Source: an uncultured virus (IMG/VR IMGVR_UViG_3300020048_003296)
Lineage: Duplodnaviria > Heunggongvirae > Uroviricota > Caudoviricetes
DNA length: 64,000 bases
Reading direction: 5' to 3' (one strand)
IMG/VR virus record: IMGVR_UViG_3300020048_003296
Span: 1 to 64,000 of that record
The notes under the pieces were generated by a model that saw only the letters and a list, made by a program, of their open reading frames with translations, was not told where the DNA came from and did not search any database. Shown one piece after another: positions 1 through 9,423 of the stretch (its first letter is position 1; the number at the start of each line of letters is the position of its first letter). A program made the translations under genes and the position numbers.

Positions 1-242
1 TAATAATATATAAAATAAACATAAAAAGATTCTTTTGGTCATCTATTCCGGGACCTTTGTTTCGTTTTCATCGTGTAATTCATATCTTTTTATTTCAAGA
101 TCAATAGTTAATAAAGAAATACTGATTTCCAATAAAGCCTTTCGTATTTTCAACGGATATGCCATTTCTTTTGTTTTAAGTTGGTCGCGTACATTTCCCA
201 AAATCTCATTATATGCCTTTAGTTCTTGTAAAGATAAACTAA

Positions 243-1064
243 TCATTCTTTTTCCATCCTTCTTTTTATAAGCGATAATGATAAAATTATAATTAAAAGT
301 ATTACCGCTTCCGCGCTTGCAAGTCCATATTTGCTGTACATAAATCCTTCTTGGAATATAAAAAATGTCATGGTTGCGCTGTACACTTGTGGGCTTAATG
401 CATATATATTTTCGAAAATCTGAAATGCTGATATAGCAGAAACAAACCCAAGTATTGTTATTATTGGTTTCATAAGCGGCACTATTATTTTCCATTTAAT
501 TTGCGCTTCACTTGCGCCGTCTATTTTTGCCGCTTCTATTATGCCTTTGTCTATTGATAATGCCGCTGCTAATAAAATAATAACATTACCGCCGAATGAA
601 GCGAAAACAACTATAAAAGATATTATCGGTATTGACGTTGTGCCTTGCGCGAACCAGCCAATTGATTCTATTCCGAATTGATTTAAAATCCAATTGATCG
701 GACCATCCATGTGAAATATCCATTTCCACACGCCACTGATTATTATGCCCGCAGAAAGAACAGGTAAATAAAATATTATGCGCGAAATATCTTGCCATTT
801 TTTACTCATGTTATATAATTCTAATGTAAAAAACAAAGCTACAAGAAGTTGGCCTGGAACAAGTATCAGGGCATATATTAATGAATTGGCAATTGATTGC
901 ACAAAACTAGGATCGGATAATGCCGCTATGTAATTGTCCAGGCCAACAAAAGTCGTTTTTAAAAAGTTGGTTTTATACAATGAAAGTCTTACTACCTCCA
1001 CAATTGGCCATGCGGTAAATAATGCATATAAAACAATCGTGGGAAGCAGTAAGAAATATTTCAT
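243..1064 (-). CDS. Carbohydrate (CUT1) ABC transporter permease, MalF/UgpA-like
   Basis: About 6 TM segments; FVGLDNY motif and EAA loop (EAAKIDGASEAQIKWKIIVPLMKP). Confidence 0.9.
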   Translation of the reverse strand: MKYFLLLPTIVLYALFTAWPIVEVVRLSLYKTNFLKTTFVGLDNYIAALSDPSFVQSIANSLIYALILVPGQLLVALFFTLELYNMSKKWQDISRIIFYLPVLSAGIIISGVWKWIFHMDGPINWILNQFGIESIGWFAQGTTSIPIISFIVVFASFGGNVIILLAAALSIDKGIIEAAKIDGASEAQIKWKIIVPLMKPIITILGFVSAISAFQIFENIYALSPQVYSATMTFFIFQEGFMYSKYGLASAEAVILLIIILSLSLIKRRMEKE

Positions 1065-1065
1065 G

Positions 1066-2316
1066 TTACAACTTTATCGTCGAAAGCTTTTTCTGGTAAA
1101 GCTTGATTGCTTCATCAGGAGTAAGCTTGAAATTGAGTACCTGCTGAAGAATCGGGAACTGCAATGCGCGGCGCTCGGTAAATCGCGGATCAGTCAATCC
1201 AACGTCCTGCACTCCCTGCGTAGATACAATTGCTGATACTTCCTGTACATGAATATTTGTTGACATTTTAGTAACGTCAATACGATTGGGGACAACCGCC
1301 TGCCCAATTGCCAATTCGCCCTGAATGGTTGCGCAATTCAAATATTCTGCGAGGCGTGCGGCTACTGCATCGGCGCTGGTTCCTGTATTACGCACAACAA
1401 GCGCGGCATTGGAAATATACGTTGGTACAAGCTTTACACCAGGCGCTTTTGGAAAAGGAATAAAAATATAATCAAATTCCTTTTCTATCTGCTTCTGGTC
1501 AATAGCCGATTTAAAATATCCCGCAGTCCAATTTGGGAAAAACGCTGTTGCCGCAATATTACCTTTTTGCCATTCAAGTGCGTAATCATCATCATTCAAT
1601 GAAGCGGCATTAGGCGGAATATATCCGTTCTTTGCGAGCAACTGATAAAACTCATAAACTTTTGCTCCGCCTGTATCGGCAATAATGGAAGTATCATAGG
1701 AACCGGGTTTATAAAAACTAACACCGAATGACGCAAACCAAGCATTCAAAAGATAATCGCCTGACTGATTTGCGGCAAACATTCCAGTTGCCCATTTCTT
1801 GCCACCATAAAACTTCTTAACCTTTTCAGCCATAATAAGAAATTCCTTGATAGTCCAATCCTTTGGAATGGTATATCCAATTTCTTTCATTATGTTAAGA
1901 TTAATAAGCATGCCTTGCGCACCGCCAATTGTAGGCAGTGCCATAAGCTTTCCATTTTTCGTATACGGCGCAAGAACGCCCTTTCCATATTTGTTTGTAT
2001 CGCGGATAACTTTATCAAGCGGCAATGCGAATTCGGGCACCATGTATTTGCTTGCGCGAACCATCGTATCAAAATAAATATTAGGCGCTGTTCCCGCCGC
2101 GAGCATGGCATCCATAGTCAGGGTCGAGCCGTTGGACAAATCAATTTTCACCCATGTTACTTTTGCAGACGGATAATCGGCAAGCAACATCTTCTCGGCC
2201 ATTTTAAAATGTGTGGTATCACCCAGTATCGTATCACCAGCATGCAGAACGGTAATATTCTGCGCGAAAATTGACATGCTTAGTACAAGCATAAGAAACA
2301 AAAAACTTTTCTTCAC
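1066..2316 (-). CDS. Extracellular solute-binding protein (sugar ABC, SBP family 1)
   Basis: Signal peptide MKKSFLFLMLVLSMSIFA; GTAPNI, NGKLMALP, IPKDWT and GNIAA motifs typical of CUT1 SBPs; abuts the permease. Confidence 0.85.
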   Translation of the reverse strand: MKKSFLFLMLVLSMSIFAQNITVLHAGDTILGDTTHFKMAEKMLLADYPSAKVTWVKIDLSNGSTLTMDAMLAAGTAPNIYFDTMVRASKYMVPEFALPLDKVIRDTNKYGKGVLAPYTKNGKLMALPTIGGAQGMLINLNIMKEIGYTIPKDWTIKEFLIMAEKVKKFYGGKKWATGMFAANQSGDYLLNAWFASFGVSFYKPGSYDTSIIADTGGAKVYEFYQLLAKNGYIPPNAASLNDDDYALEWQKGNIAATAFFPNWTAGYFKSAIDQKQIEKEFDYIFIPFPKAPGVKLVPTYISNAALVVRNTGTSADAVAARLAEYLNCATIQGELAIGQAVVPNRIDVTKMSTNIHVQEVSAIVSTQGVQDVGLTDPRFTERRALQFPILQQVLNFKLTPDEAIKLYQKKLSTIKL

Positions 2317-2473
2317 GCTTTATCTCCTTTAAAAATTGCCGCAATAATTCCTGCAAGAACAAAAACGGCACCAACGATAGCCGCCGCCGCCACCTCACCG
2401 ACTCCCGAAAAAAACAAACAGGCCGAACCAATTACGATTCCACCAACACCAATCCACTTCATAATGTTCTTAT

Positions 2474-2704
2474 TCATACAATCTCCTTGTAAAACAACTC
2501 AAATACTTCTGCCGTCATTACGACAAAACCAAAATCAAATTGCACTACGTAATCGCCAATATTATTATCCCCAATAATTTCCGATGTTCTAATCGTTCTA
2601 AATGTGGGGTGATTTTGGCACCATTCTGTTATGTCCTCCTTATTTTCATTTGTGATTAAACGGGCCCCCACCAATGTCCCGCTAACTTGCTCATACTCAG
2701 GCAT
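2474..2704 (-). CDS. Hypothetical phage protein
   Basis: ORF with upstream GAGG RBS; GDYVV...VFELFY C-terminus typical of small phage proteins. Confidence 0.55.
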   Translation of the reverse strand: MPEYEQVSGTLVGARLITNENKEDITEWCQNHPTFRTIRTSEIIGDNNIGDYVVQFDFGFVVMTAEVFELFYKEIV

Positions 2705-2718
2705 CCTCTTTTTCCTCC

Positions 2719-3345
2719 TTATCTTTCTATAACTTTAGATATTCCCGTTTTTTTATTCTGCGATACTTCAAATACTTTATGCGCATAATTTATTATTTCT
2801 TGGTTGTGGGTGACCATGACTATCTGCAATTTTAAATGCTCGGATAGTTTTTTTAGAATCATACCGGCTTGTGCATGTAAATCTTTGGAAAGAAAACGAA
2901 ATGGCTCATCCAGTATTATCGTATTATTCGAGCGTCCAAGTGACCATGCGGCAATGCGCAATGCAAAAGACGCAAGGTCAACCACGCCACCGCCTGATGC
3001 TTCCATTGGATCGACTTCAATTCCGTTTTTTATAAATGATAGTGACGCTTCAGTTTTCCCACGCTTTATTTCAAAATTGACGTTAAAAATATATTCATCT
3101 GGAAAGCATGTATCAAGGGCAAGGTTCACAACATCGCTTATCATAAAGCGTAACTGCTCCTGTGTATCTTTTGCCACCTGCTGAATAAACGCTTGCGCGG
3201 CTTCCAAATAAATTAAATCCTGTTTTAGTTGTGTTATATTTTTTGAATCTGTATCTTTTCTTTTTTGAAGTAATTCTTGTTTACCACTCATGCGTGATAT
3301 TTTTGAAGCATAATAGGAATAGTTCATATTTCTTCCCAATCGCAA
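2719..3345 (-). CDS. SbcC/Rad50-like ATPase, C-terminal half (start probably 3327)
   Basis: Coiled coil, ABC signature ASGG, Walker B IILDEPF, H-loop MVTH. Confidence 0.85.
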   Translation of the reverse strand: MRLGRNMNYSYYASKISRMSGKQELLQKRKDTDSKNITQLKQDLIYLEAAQAFIQQVAKDTQEQLRFMISDVVNLALDTCFPDEYIFNVNFEIKRGKTEASLSFIKNGIEVDPMEASGGGVVDLASFALRIAAWSLGRSNNTIILDEPFRFLSKDLHAQAGMILKKLSEHLKLQIVMVTHNQEIINYAHKVFEVSQNKKTGISKVIER

Positions 3346-3563
3346 AGCGTATCCAATTTTGCCACAAGTTTTTCCTTGCGCGCTTGCAGTGCTTCATTAT
3401 TTGTTTTTATCGTATTAAGCAATGATTCTGCGTCCTCAATATTCATATCGAACTGCTCGGAAAATTGCTGTTCTATTTTTTCTTTTGCGCCTTCAGCCCG
3501 CGCCTTTGCAGTTTTTGCGCGTTCTATTTTTTGCTTTAAAGCATCATATTCTTTAACGGTCAT
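3324..3563 (-). CDS. Small coiled-coil protein in the SbcCD locus
   Basis: Heptad-rich 79 aa; overlaps both neighbours. Confidence 0.6.
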   Translation of the reverse strand: MTVKEYDALKQKIERAKTAKARAEGAKEKIEQQFSEQFDMNIEDAESLLNTIKTNNEALQARKEKLVAKLDTLCDWEEI

Positions 3564-4453
3564 ACTGACTCCTCAACTAACTTTTCAATCATACATATTA
3601 TAGACGGTTCAAGCGTTTTTTTGTTCTTTTTTATTGCATTTTTTATATTATCGACAATAGACAAACTTATTTTCTCACCTCTCTTTATTCCTTCTACAAA
3701 TGCGGTGATCCGATCATCGCGTTCTTCCTCAGCGCGCAAATAACTATCTGTTACCATTTCGCCTGTATCGGGCAATTCAATTTCTTCAACTATATTTTTC
3801 TCAGTATTCACATAATACATTATTGGTTTATAATCGACCATATCCGCCGCTTGTCGCAAAATACAACCAGGATTTACTACATGCCTTTCGTCTTTTTCAT
3901 AATGGAATCCTGTGTGCATATCACCAGTAAAAATCCAATCCGCCCATTTATGTTCTGCGAGTAATTGGCTTGCCGTTACTGCTTCGCAATTTGGCGGTAT
4001 TGATTTTGTGTTAGGAAAAACTAACGTATGAAGGAATAGTTTTTTTGTGTGTTTATCGCCGACTATTTCATCACCAAAATTGGCGTATGCCGCATGAATC
4101 CCAACTGAACCGCCGGTTATCTTTAAATGATTTCCTTTCATACTGTTAAGTATTCCTATTGCGGAATTATTTATATTTTCCGATGAATGGTACGGGAGAT
4201 CATGGTTACCAGCAATAAAATATACGTGCTGTTTTATTTTGGAAAGCTCCTCGATAAGCATAACTACCAATCGCATAGGAACCACCGGGGTATCGAATAA
4301 GTCGCCAACAATAAATAAATCTGTATTGCGCTTATTCGCTATTGTTATAATATGTTCTACCGTTGCGCGTTGGGTTTCTTCCCAATCATCATCTAAGCGG
4401 CATCGGGGTTTGTCGGCGCGTAAATGCCAGTCGGCTGATATCAGACCTTGCAT
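3560..4453 (-). CDS. SbcD/Mre11-like metallophosphoesterase nuclease
   Basis: ADWH, GDLFD, GNHD, GDMH and NPG motifs. Confidence 0.9.
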   Translation of the reverse strand: MQGLISADWHLRADKPRCRLDDDWEETQRATVEHIITIANKRNTDLFIVGDLFDTPVVPMRLVVMLIEELSKIKQHVYFIAGNHDLPYHSSENINNSAIGILNSMKGNHLKITGGSVGIHAAYANFGDEIVGDKHTKKLFLHTLVFPNTKSIPPNCEAVTASQLLAEHKWADWIFTGDMHTGFHYEKDERHVVNPGCILRQAADMVDYKPIMYYVNTEKNIVEEIELPDTGEMVTDSYLRAEEERDDRITAFVEGIKRGEKISLSIVDNIKNAIKKNKKTLEPSIICMIEKLVEESV

Positions 4454-5397
4454 GAATCTGCCTCCATTTTATTTCCGCATAAAGGGCATTGAGCGGGTAA
4501 TTCTTTTATAAGCTGTTTTAATTCTGCTTTATTTCTATTCATTTCTTGGGTAGAATCAATACGGGAATTGATCATTTTAAACACATTATCTAACAATTCT
4601 TTATTTTCTAATTCTTTCTTTTTTATCTCATCGAGTGCGTCTAATGTTTTTTGTATTTCTTCAAACTTTATATTTTTATATTTTTTTGCGGTTTCGATTT
4701 CGTCTATATATTGTGCATGTAAATTATCTATAACGTCCATTTTTATTTGGTTTGCTTCAATACCTTCATCTATTGTTTTTAATTTTTCGCATAAAGTATT
4801 GGCAGTTTCGAGCATTTCATATTGTAGCAATTCTTTTTCCGTTGCGGCAATAGTAACATCGAGTTGCTTTATATCCGAATTAAATTGCCTGCGTTTTGAT
4901 TCTGCAGTTCCCAATATTTTATCAATTAAATCCAATCGTATTTCTTTATTGAAAAACCGCGCAACTTCACCTGCTGATTCTGATAATAGAAAAGGTGCAT
5001 CCATTTGTTTTTGTATATTTACTTCGCCTAAATTTAAACATTTTGTAACTTCTTCAGGAACGTCCATACCGATTGCTTCTAATGTATTGACGGTTTCTGT
5101 TTCTTCTTTTGCAATCGTGTATCCATTCATTTCTGAATTTCTAATACGCTGAACTGCAAAACCATCCTGCATAATACTTGCAGATGTTTCTTTTACTGCA
5201 TTGCCTTTTTTATCACGATTCCAATGTGAAATAAAAGATAACCCGGAGGGCCGATTATAAATTACCCAATAAAGCCCACGCAGTATTGCGGTTTTGCCTG
5301 AATTGGAAGTGCCTATAATCGCATTGATATTTGGATGGAAAACCAATTCCGTTTTTTTATGGCTTTGGAAGTTGCGTAAAATTAAAGCATCAATCAT
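4441..5397 (-). CDS. SbcC/Rad50-like ATPase, N-terminal half
   Basis: LRNFQSH, Walker A GTSNSGKT, coiled coil ending in zinc hook CPLCG. Confidence 0.88.
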   Translation of the reverse strand: MIDALILRNFQSHKKTELVFHPNINAIIGTSNSGKTAILRGLYWVIYNRPSGLSFISHWNRDKKGNAVKETSASIMQDGFAVQRIRNSEMNGYTIAKEETETVNTLEAIGMDVPEEVTKCLNLGEVNIQKQMDAPFLLSESAGEVARFFNKEIRLDLIDKILGTAESKRRQFNSDIKQLDVTIAATEKELLQYEMLETANTLCEKLKTIDEGIEANQIKMDVIDNLHAQYIDEIETAKKYKNIKFEEIQKTLDALDEIKKKELENKELLDNVFKMINSRIDSTQEMNRNKAELKQLIKELPAQCPLCGNKMEADSCKV

Positions 5398-5446
5398 TCA
5401 TGTTTCCTTTCCGGTGTTCCCGGTCAAGTTTTATTTGCTAACTATA

Positions 5447-5539
5447 TGTGGATATTGGGAGTTGCACCCAAACAGCGATACGACAAAATAGTTGCCTTCT
5501 TTCTGCGGCTAGCAAAAATAGTTGCCTCTCTATGTCCAC
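5447..5539 (-). ncRNA. tRNA-like element (acceptor stem and T-arm, no canonical anticodon arm)
   Basis: GUGGACA/UAUCCAC-A stem with one mismatch, U8-A9, T-arm UUGGG-UGCAACU-CCCAA; internal repeat AGGCAACUAUUUU x2. Confidence 0.5.
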
Positions 5540-5561
5540 GTGTTAAAATTTATTATACCTT

Positions 5562-5774
5562 TTATCCTCGACCTATAGAAATTGGATAGTGGCTATCATT
5601 CATGCCGCTAATCATTTTTTTAGTTGCTTTTGGTGCTTTACCTTGTTTTTCTATTTTTCTTTTTCGAGCCAAAAAAGCTTTATGCGATATTGCACCTTTG
5701 GGCACTTTTTCGCCTGATTTTAAAGTTCTAGCTCCACTCGATCCCTTTTTTCTCCCTGATCCTGGTCCACCCAT
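5562..5774 (-). CDS. Small basic protein, MGGPGSGR family (copy 1)
   Basis: AGGAGG RBS; N-terminus shared with four other ORFs; K/R-rich. Confidence 0.8.
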   Translation of the reverse strand: MGGPGSGRKKGSSGARTLKSGEKVPKGAISHKAFLARKRKIEKQGKAPKATKKMISGMNDSHYPISIGRG

Positions 5775-5802
5775 AATATCCTCCTTTGTAAAAATATAAA
5801 AA

Positions 5803-5911
5803 ATGAAGGCGTCCGGCGTTAACCCGGTAACGAAAGCGGTATTGTATAAGTAGGAACCTACCGCTCTAATCTTATTTCCATACCACCTTTTCCTTGTGGC
5901 CGCGCCTTCAT
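5803..5911 (-). ncRNA. Cloverleaf-like structured RNA
   Basis: Closing stem AUGAAGGCG/CGCCUUCAU, arms CCAC/GUGG and AGCGGUA/UACCGCU, T-like arm CCGG-GUUAACG-CCGG, then a U-tract. Confidence 0.45.
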
Positions 5912-5915
5912 TATA

Positions 5916-6131
5916 TCACCCCCATTGATGTTCTGTAGCAATAGCTTCTTTTAAACGTAAAACATTTTTTATAACCATTTCTGCGTCCTGCTTGCGTGAA
6001 AAACGTACTGCAAGTAAAGTATCAGTTGCCCATTGATGTGCCAAACAGCCCGTACTATAATTGCCTGTCCACCAACAAGGCGGACCTTTAAAAGTTGTTA
6101 AAGGTAGTTCAATCAACCATGCAGATTCCAT
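5916..6131 (-). CDS. Hypothetical protein
   Basis: AAGGAG RBS; Trp-rich small ORF. Confidence 0.55.
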   Translation of the reverse strand: MESAWLIELPLTTFKGPPCWWTGNYSTGCLAHQWATDTLLAVRFSRKQDAEMVIKNVLRLKEAIATEHQWG

Positions 6132-6254
6132 TGTTTGCTCCTTTAAATAAAATGAACATGGTAAACCAGCTTACTAAGTTTACTTACCTTGCCTTATCTT
6201 TCGATCATGTCCACGTATATATTATAGACGAAATTGCCCAAATATTAAAGCTCT

Positions 6255-6497
6255 CTACAAACTATCGCTAAAAATATCATTTTCATCAATAATAAATTCA
6301 ATTGCATTTATTCTTTCCTGTTCCTTTTTCTTTAAATCGTATAAATATAAAAGGCGATCAACTCTAATATAATAGTCGCAAGCTTTGCATTTTACAATAT
6401 GAAAATAAAACCACTTTCTTGCATAAGCTTTTTTACATTTAATTTGCTGTGGTTCCAATGGATTGCCGCAATATGCGCATAACAAAGGTAGATTCAT
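6255..6497 (-). CDS. Small zinc-ribbon protein
   Basis: CAYC...CKAC pairs; AAGGAG RBS. Confidence 0.55.
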   Translation of the reverse strand: MNLPLLCAYCGNPLEPQQIKCKKAYARKWFYFHIVKCKACDYYIRVDRLLYLYDLKKKEQERINAIEFIIDENDIFSDSL

Positions 6498-6498
6498 T

Positions 6499-7641
6499 TT
6501 ATGTGCTCCTTTTACGTATGAATACGAATAATGTTAAAAAAACCGGCGCGATTATGTCAAGGAATATCGCCGGAAATAGCGTCATCCAAAACTGTATGCT
6601 TTCTTCATTACCATTAAAAAGCCCTGCGATCCATTGCGCAAAGTTCATTTGCTTTTTTACTTCCTGTTTTGCCAATGGGTTATTTTTTATTATTTCCGTT
6701 TCATTGGTGCGCGTCTTTTCTATTTTATCATTCAATTCCGTTATACTTACTTGTGTTGCAACTATGCGCGATTGTATGGATGTCCATGATTCTTTTATTA
6801 GTTCAGGTGTTTTTAATGCTATGCTTGCCGCCTCATTCAAGCCATCCAATCGTTTTCTCAAATCGTTTCTTGTTATTATTAAATCTTCACGGCTTTCTTT
6901 TTCCAATAATATCGCGCCTTCCGCTATTATATTTTTATTATCTGTTTCCACCTTCACTTCCATATACGCAGTACGCTGATTATATTGCCCTGCTACCGTT
7001 GCCGCGATTGAATACGCAGTTGTGATTAGCCATAATATAGAAAATATTACTACAAGAATATACCGCCATCGGGATATTATTATTTTTTTGGATATCATCA
7101 ATGCAATTAAAATAAAAACGATTGCAGAAAACGTGACCATTAATATAGAAAGAAACCAGGCCGCTTCTGGTCGATTTGCGCTTGCTAGATATATTTGGGA
7201 ATAATACGCGCTTGCGATTGAAGCCCCGATGCCCATGATAAAAAGCACCCAGGACAGGGCATCAAGCGTCAAATCACCTTTCTTTTCTGTTTTGAGTACA
7301 ATCGCCTGAACTTCGGTTTTGTTGACAATATGTCCCAAATCCTGCGTGCTTGTACGAATATTGAACATTGGCGGCGTAAACTGCCCGAGTGGTTCAATAG
7401 CTTCCTTTTCTATTGGAACATTGGACACAGATTCTTTACGTTCATTATTGGGCATTTGGGACGGTAGCCGATACCAATTATTTACGCGAACCAATATGCC
7501 CGCGTGGTTTAACTGTTTTAGCAAGCCTGATATTTTGTATTGTGGAATACCAAAATGGATTGCCATTTGTTCCACTTTTGGGAACTTTCCGGACGTTTTG
7601 ACTACGTCCTCAATGTACGCTATAAATGCTTGTTTTGTCAC
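6499..7641 (-). CDS. Membrane protein: N-terminal HTH, TM helices, coiled coil
   Basis: GGAGG RBS before GTG 7641; wHTH-like N-terminus, 3 TM, coiled coil, C-terminal TM. Confidence 0.65.
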   Translation of the reverse strand: MTKQAFIAYIEDVVKTSGKFPKVEQMAIHFGIPQYKISGLLKQLNHAGILVRVNNWYRLPSQMPNNERKESVSNVPIEKEAIEPLGQFTPPMFNIRTSTQDLGHIVNKTEVQAIVLKTEKKGDLTLDALSWVLFIMGIGASIASAYYSQIYLASANRPEAAWFLSILMVTFSAIVFILIALMISKKIIISRWRYILVVIFSILWLITTAYSIAATVAGQYNQRTAYMEVKVETDNKNIIAEGAILLEKESREDLIITRNDLRKRLDGLNEAASIALKTPELIKESWTSIQSRIVATQVSITELNDKIEKTRTNETEIIKNNPLAKQEVKKQMNFAQWIAGLFNGNEESIQFWMTLFPAIFLDIIAPVFLTLFVFIRKRST

Positions 7642-7706
7642 AATTCTATCCTCCATCGTACATATTATAGACAAAATGTAAACAATTTTGTAATAAATCG
7701 TATCCT

Positions 7707-7751
7707 GACTAAGCGAATCTGCGTAGTCAAGACTAAGCGAATCTGCGTAGT
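7707..7751. repeat. Two 21-bp direct repeats (iteron-like) next to an AT-rich tract
   Basis: GACTAAGCGAATCTGCGTAGT at 7707-7727 and 7731-7751, in the divergent intergenic region. Confidence 0.8.
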
Positions 7752-7883
7752 GTATATTAATACATAATACATTATTAATAATAAATATCTAAAGATATTA
7801 TAAACCGAGTACGGTTCATGCTTTATTTAAAAAATAACAAAAATAAAAATCGTATCTAAGGGCTTTAATATTCCCCGCGTTTC

Positions 7884-7894
7884 GTCTATAATAT
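7884..7894 (+). promoter_or_regulatory. Phage promoter motif GTCTATAATAT (representative copy)
   Basis: GTCTATAAT also at 3597(-), 6221(-), 7664(-), 14622(-), 14655(+), 18165(+), 19822(+), 26782(+), 30831(+), 53249(+); variant at 32175(+). Confidence 0.7.
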
Positions 7895-7963
7895 GTATGT
7901 TAGATAAATCAGATCGTTGCTATAAGGGCGGACAGGGCGCTTGTAGGAGCGATTCGCCGCCCG

Positions 7964-8005
7964 ACCCCCATACCCGCCTGTCACCGGGATTATGGGGGTT
8001 TTTTT
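7964..8005 (+). terminator. Intrinsic terminator / attenuator in the parB leader
   Basis: ACCCCCATA...TATGGGGGT stem followed by a T-run, between the promoter motif and parB. Confidence 0.65.
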
Positions 8006-8021
8006 ATTTTACTAAGGAGTT

Positions 8022-8849
8022 TTGAATATGAAAGATTTAGAGGGTCATCGTTTGGCTAATTATTTTCCACCGATAGAAGGTGACGATTTTAATAACTTGG
8101 TTGCAAGTATTAAAAAGAATGGGCAATTGAATCCCATTATTCTATATGAAGGAAAAATCCTCGATGGAAAAAATCGGTATCGGGCTTGCAAAAAATTAGG
8201 CATTGAACCTATAACGGTTGACTATACAGGAACCGACCCGCTTGCTTTTGTGGTTGCTTCTAATATTGATCGGCGCCATTTAACAGAAAGTCAGAAAGCT
8301 ATCGTTGCGCTTGAAATGCTTCCTGAATATGAAAAGCAAGCAAAGGAACGCATGAGGCTTGGCGGATCAAAAGGTGGAAAGGTATCGCAGAATAAAGATA
8401 CGCTTGAAAAAGAAAAACCTATAAAGAGAAGTACATCAACTGAAGACGCAGGAAAACAATTCGGTATATCAGGCTCGACCGTTCAAAGCGCAAAGCGTAT
8501 TAAGAAAGCCGTGGACGATGGTGAACTTGACAAATCAGTAATGGACGATATAAAAACAGGAAAGAAAACGGTCAATAAAGTAGACAAGGAATTGCATGAT
8601 AAGCGGTTTGTAAAAAAAGAAAAAGAACAAACCGAAAAGGAAAATAAAACTTTACCCATGAAGTATCCAAAGTTTGTTTCCAATTATCTTGATTATCTAA
8701 AAGCATTCAAGCACAATATTTCCGAGGCCACGCGCTTTGTTGGGGAAGGTATGTTTTCTCCCGAAGCTTTGCAATTTACAAAGCGCCTGCATGAGAAAAT
8801 AAAAATACTGATTGATGAGTTTGACGAGGTGCAGCATGAAAAAGAATAA
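8022..8849 (+). CDS. ParB/Srx N-terminal domain protein with HTH
   Basis: LVASIKKNGQLNPI, ILDGKNRYRAC, NIDRRHLT motifs; AAGGAG RBS. Confidence 0.85.
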   Translation: MNMKDLEGHRLANYFPPIEGDDFNNLVASIKKNGQLNPIILYEGKILDGKNRYRACKKLGIEPITVDYTGTDPLAFVVASNIDRRHLTESQKAIVALEMLPEYEKQAKERMRLGGSKGGKVSQNKDTLEKEKPIKRSTSTEDAGKQFGISGSTVQSAKRIKKAVDDGELDKSVMDDIKTGKKTVNKVDKELHDKRFVKKEKEQTEKENKTLPMKYPKFVSNYLDYLKAFKHNISEATRFVGEGMFSPEALQFTKRLHEKIKILIDEFDEVQHEKE

Positions 8850-9423
8850 TGATAATTATATAACCGAACCAAGCCAGAAACTATCGACTGTAAAACTATT
8901 TCGAATTCGTATTGGCGCGGACATCGTATTGGATATGGAGGCAAAACAAGATTTGCCATTGCCCAATAAACCGCGATTGGCAAAAGTCATGCAGGAATAT
9001 TTTAGGGCGGGGAATTATAGGCAAAAAATAAAAGATAACGGAATGCGTTGGATAGCGACAAAAGAATACTGGGAAGCTAACATCGACCTTATTATAGAAA
9101 TGCTAGCCACTGAAAATAGTGTGTCTTTCGGATGGGCATGCCAAGCTGATTCAATACGAGGTTCTTGGAAGTTTTTAAATGAAAAAGAATATCAAGTTAT
9201 TGCAGAAAGAAAAGCAAAAGAATTAAATACGCGAAAAGAAACATATAATAATTTTATTTCCATTGGAACGGATAAAATGGGTTATAAATCTTTACCGTCA
9301 TTAGTACAGATATTTAATTTTGTTACAGGAAGAAAAAAACCGGAAGCGCCGATCTATTCTGATGGAATGCAACAATCGCATCCAGCGATGTTATCAGAAT
9401 CCGAAAAACGAGCGTCAAAATGA
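8836..9423 (+). CDS. Hypothetical protein
   Basis: GAGGT RBS before ATG 8836; coupled to neighbours. Confidence 0.6.
   Translation: MKKNNDNYITEPSQKLSTVKLFRIRIGADIVLDMEAKQDLPLPNKPRLAKVMQEYFRAGNYRQKIKDNGMRWIATKEYWEANIDLIIEMLATENSVSFGWACQADSIRGSWKFLNEKEYQVIAERKAKELNTRKETYNNFISIGTDKMGYKSLPSLVQIFNFVTGRKKPEAPIYSDGMQQSHPAMLSESEKRASK

Noticed and set aside
7707..7751. Possible mini CRISPR array
   Set aside because: Only two repeats with a 3-bp spacer and no cas genes
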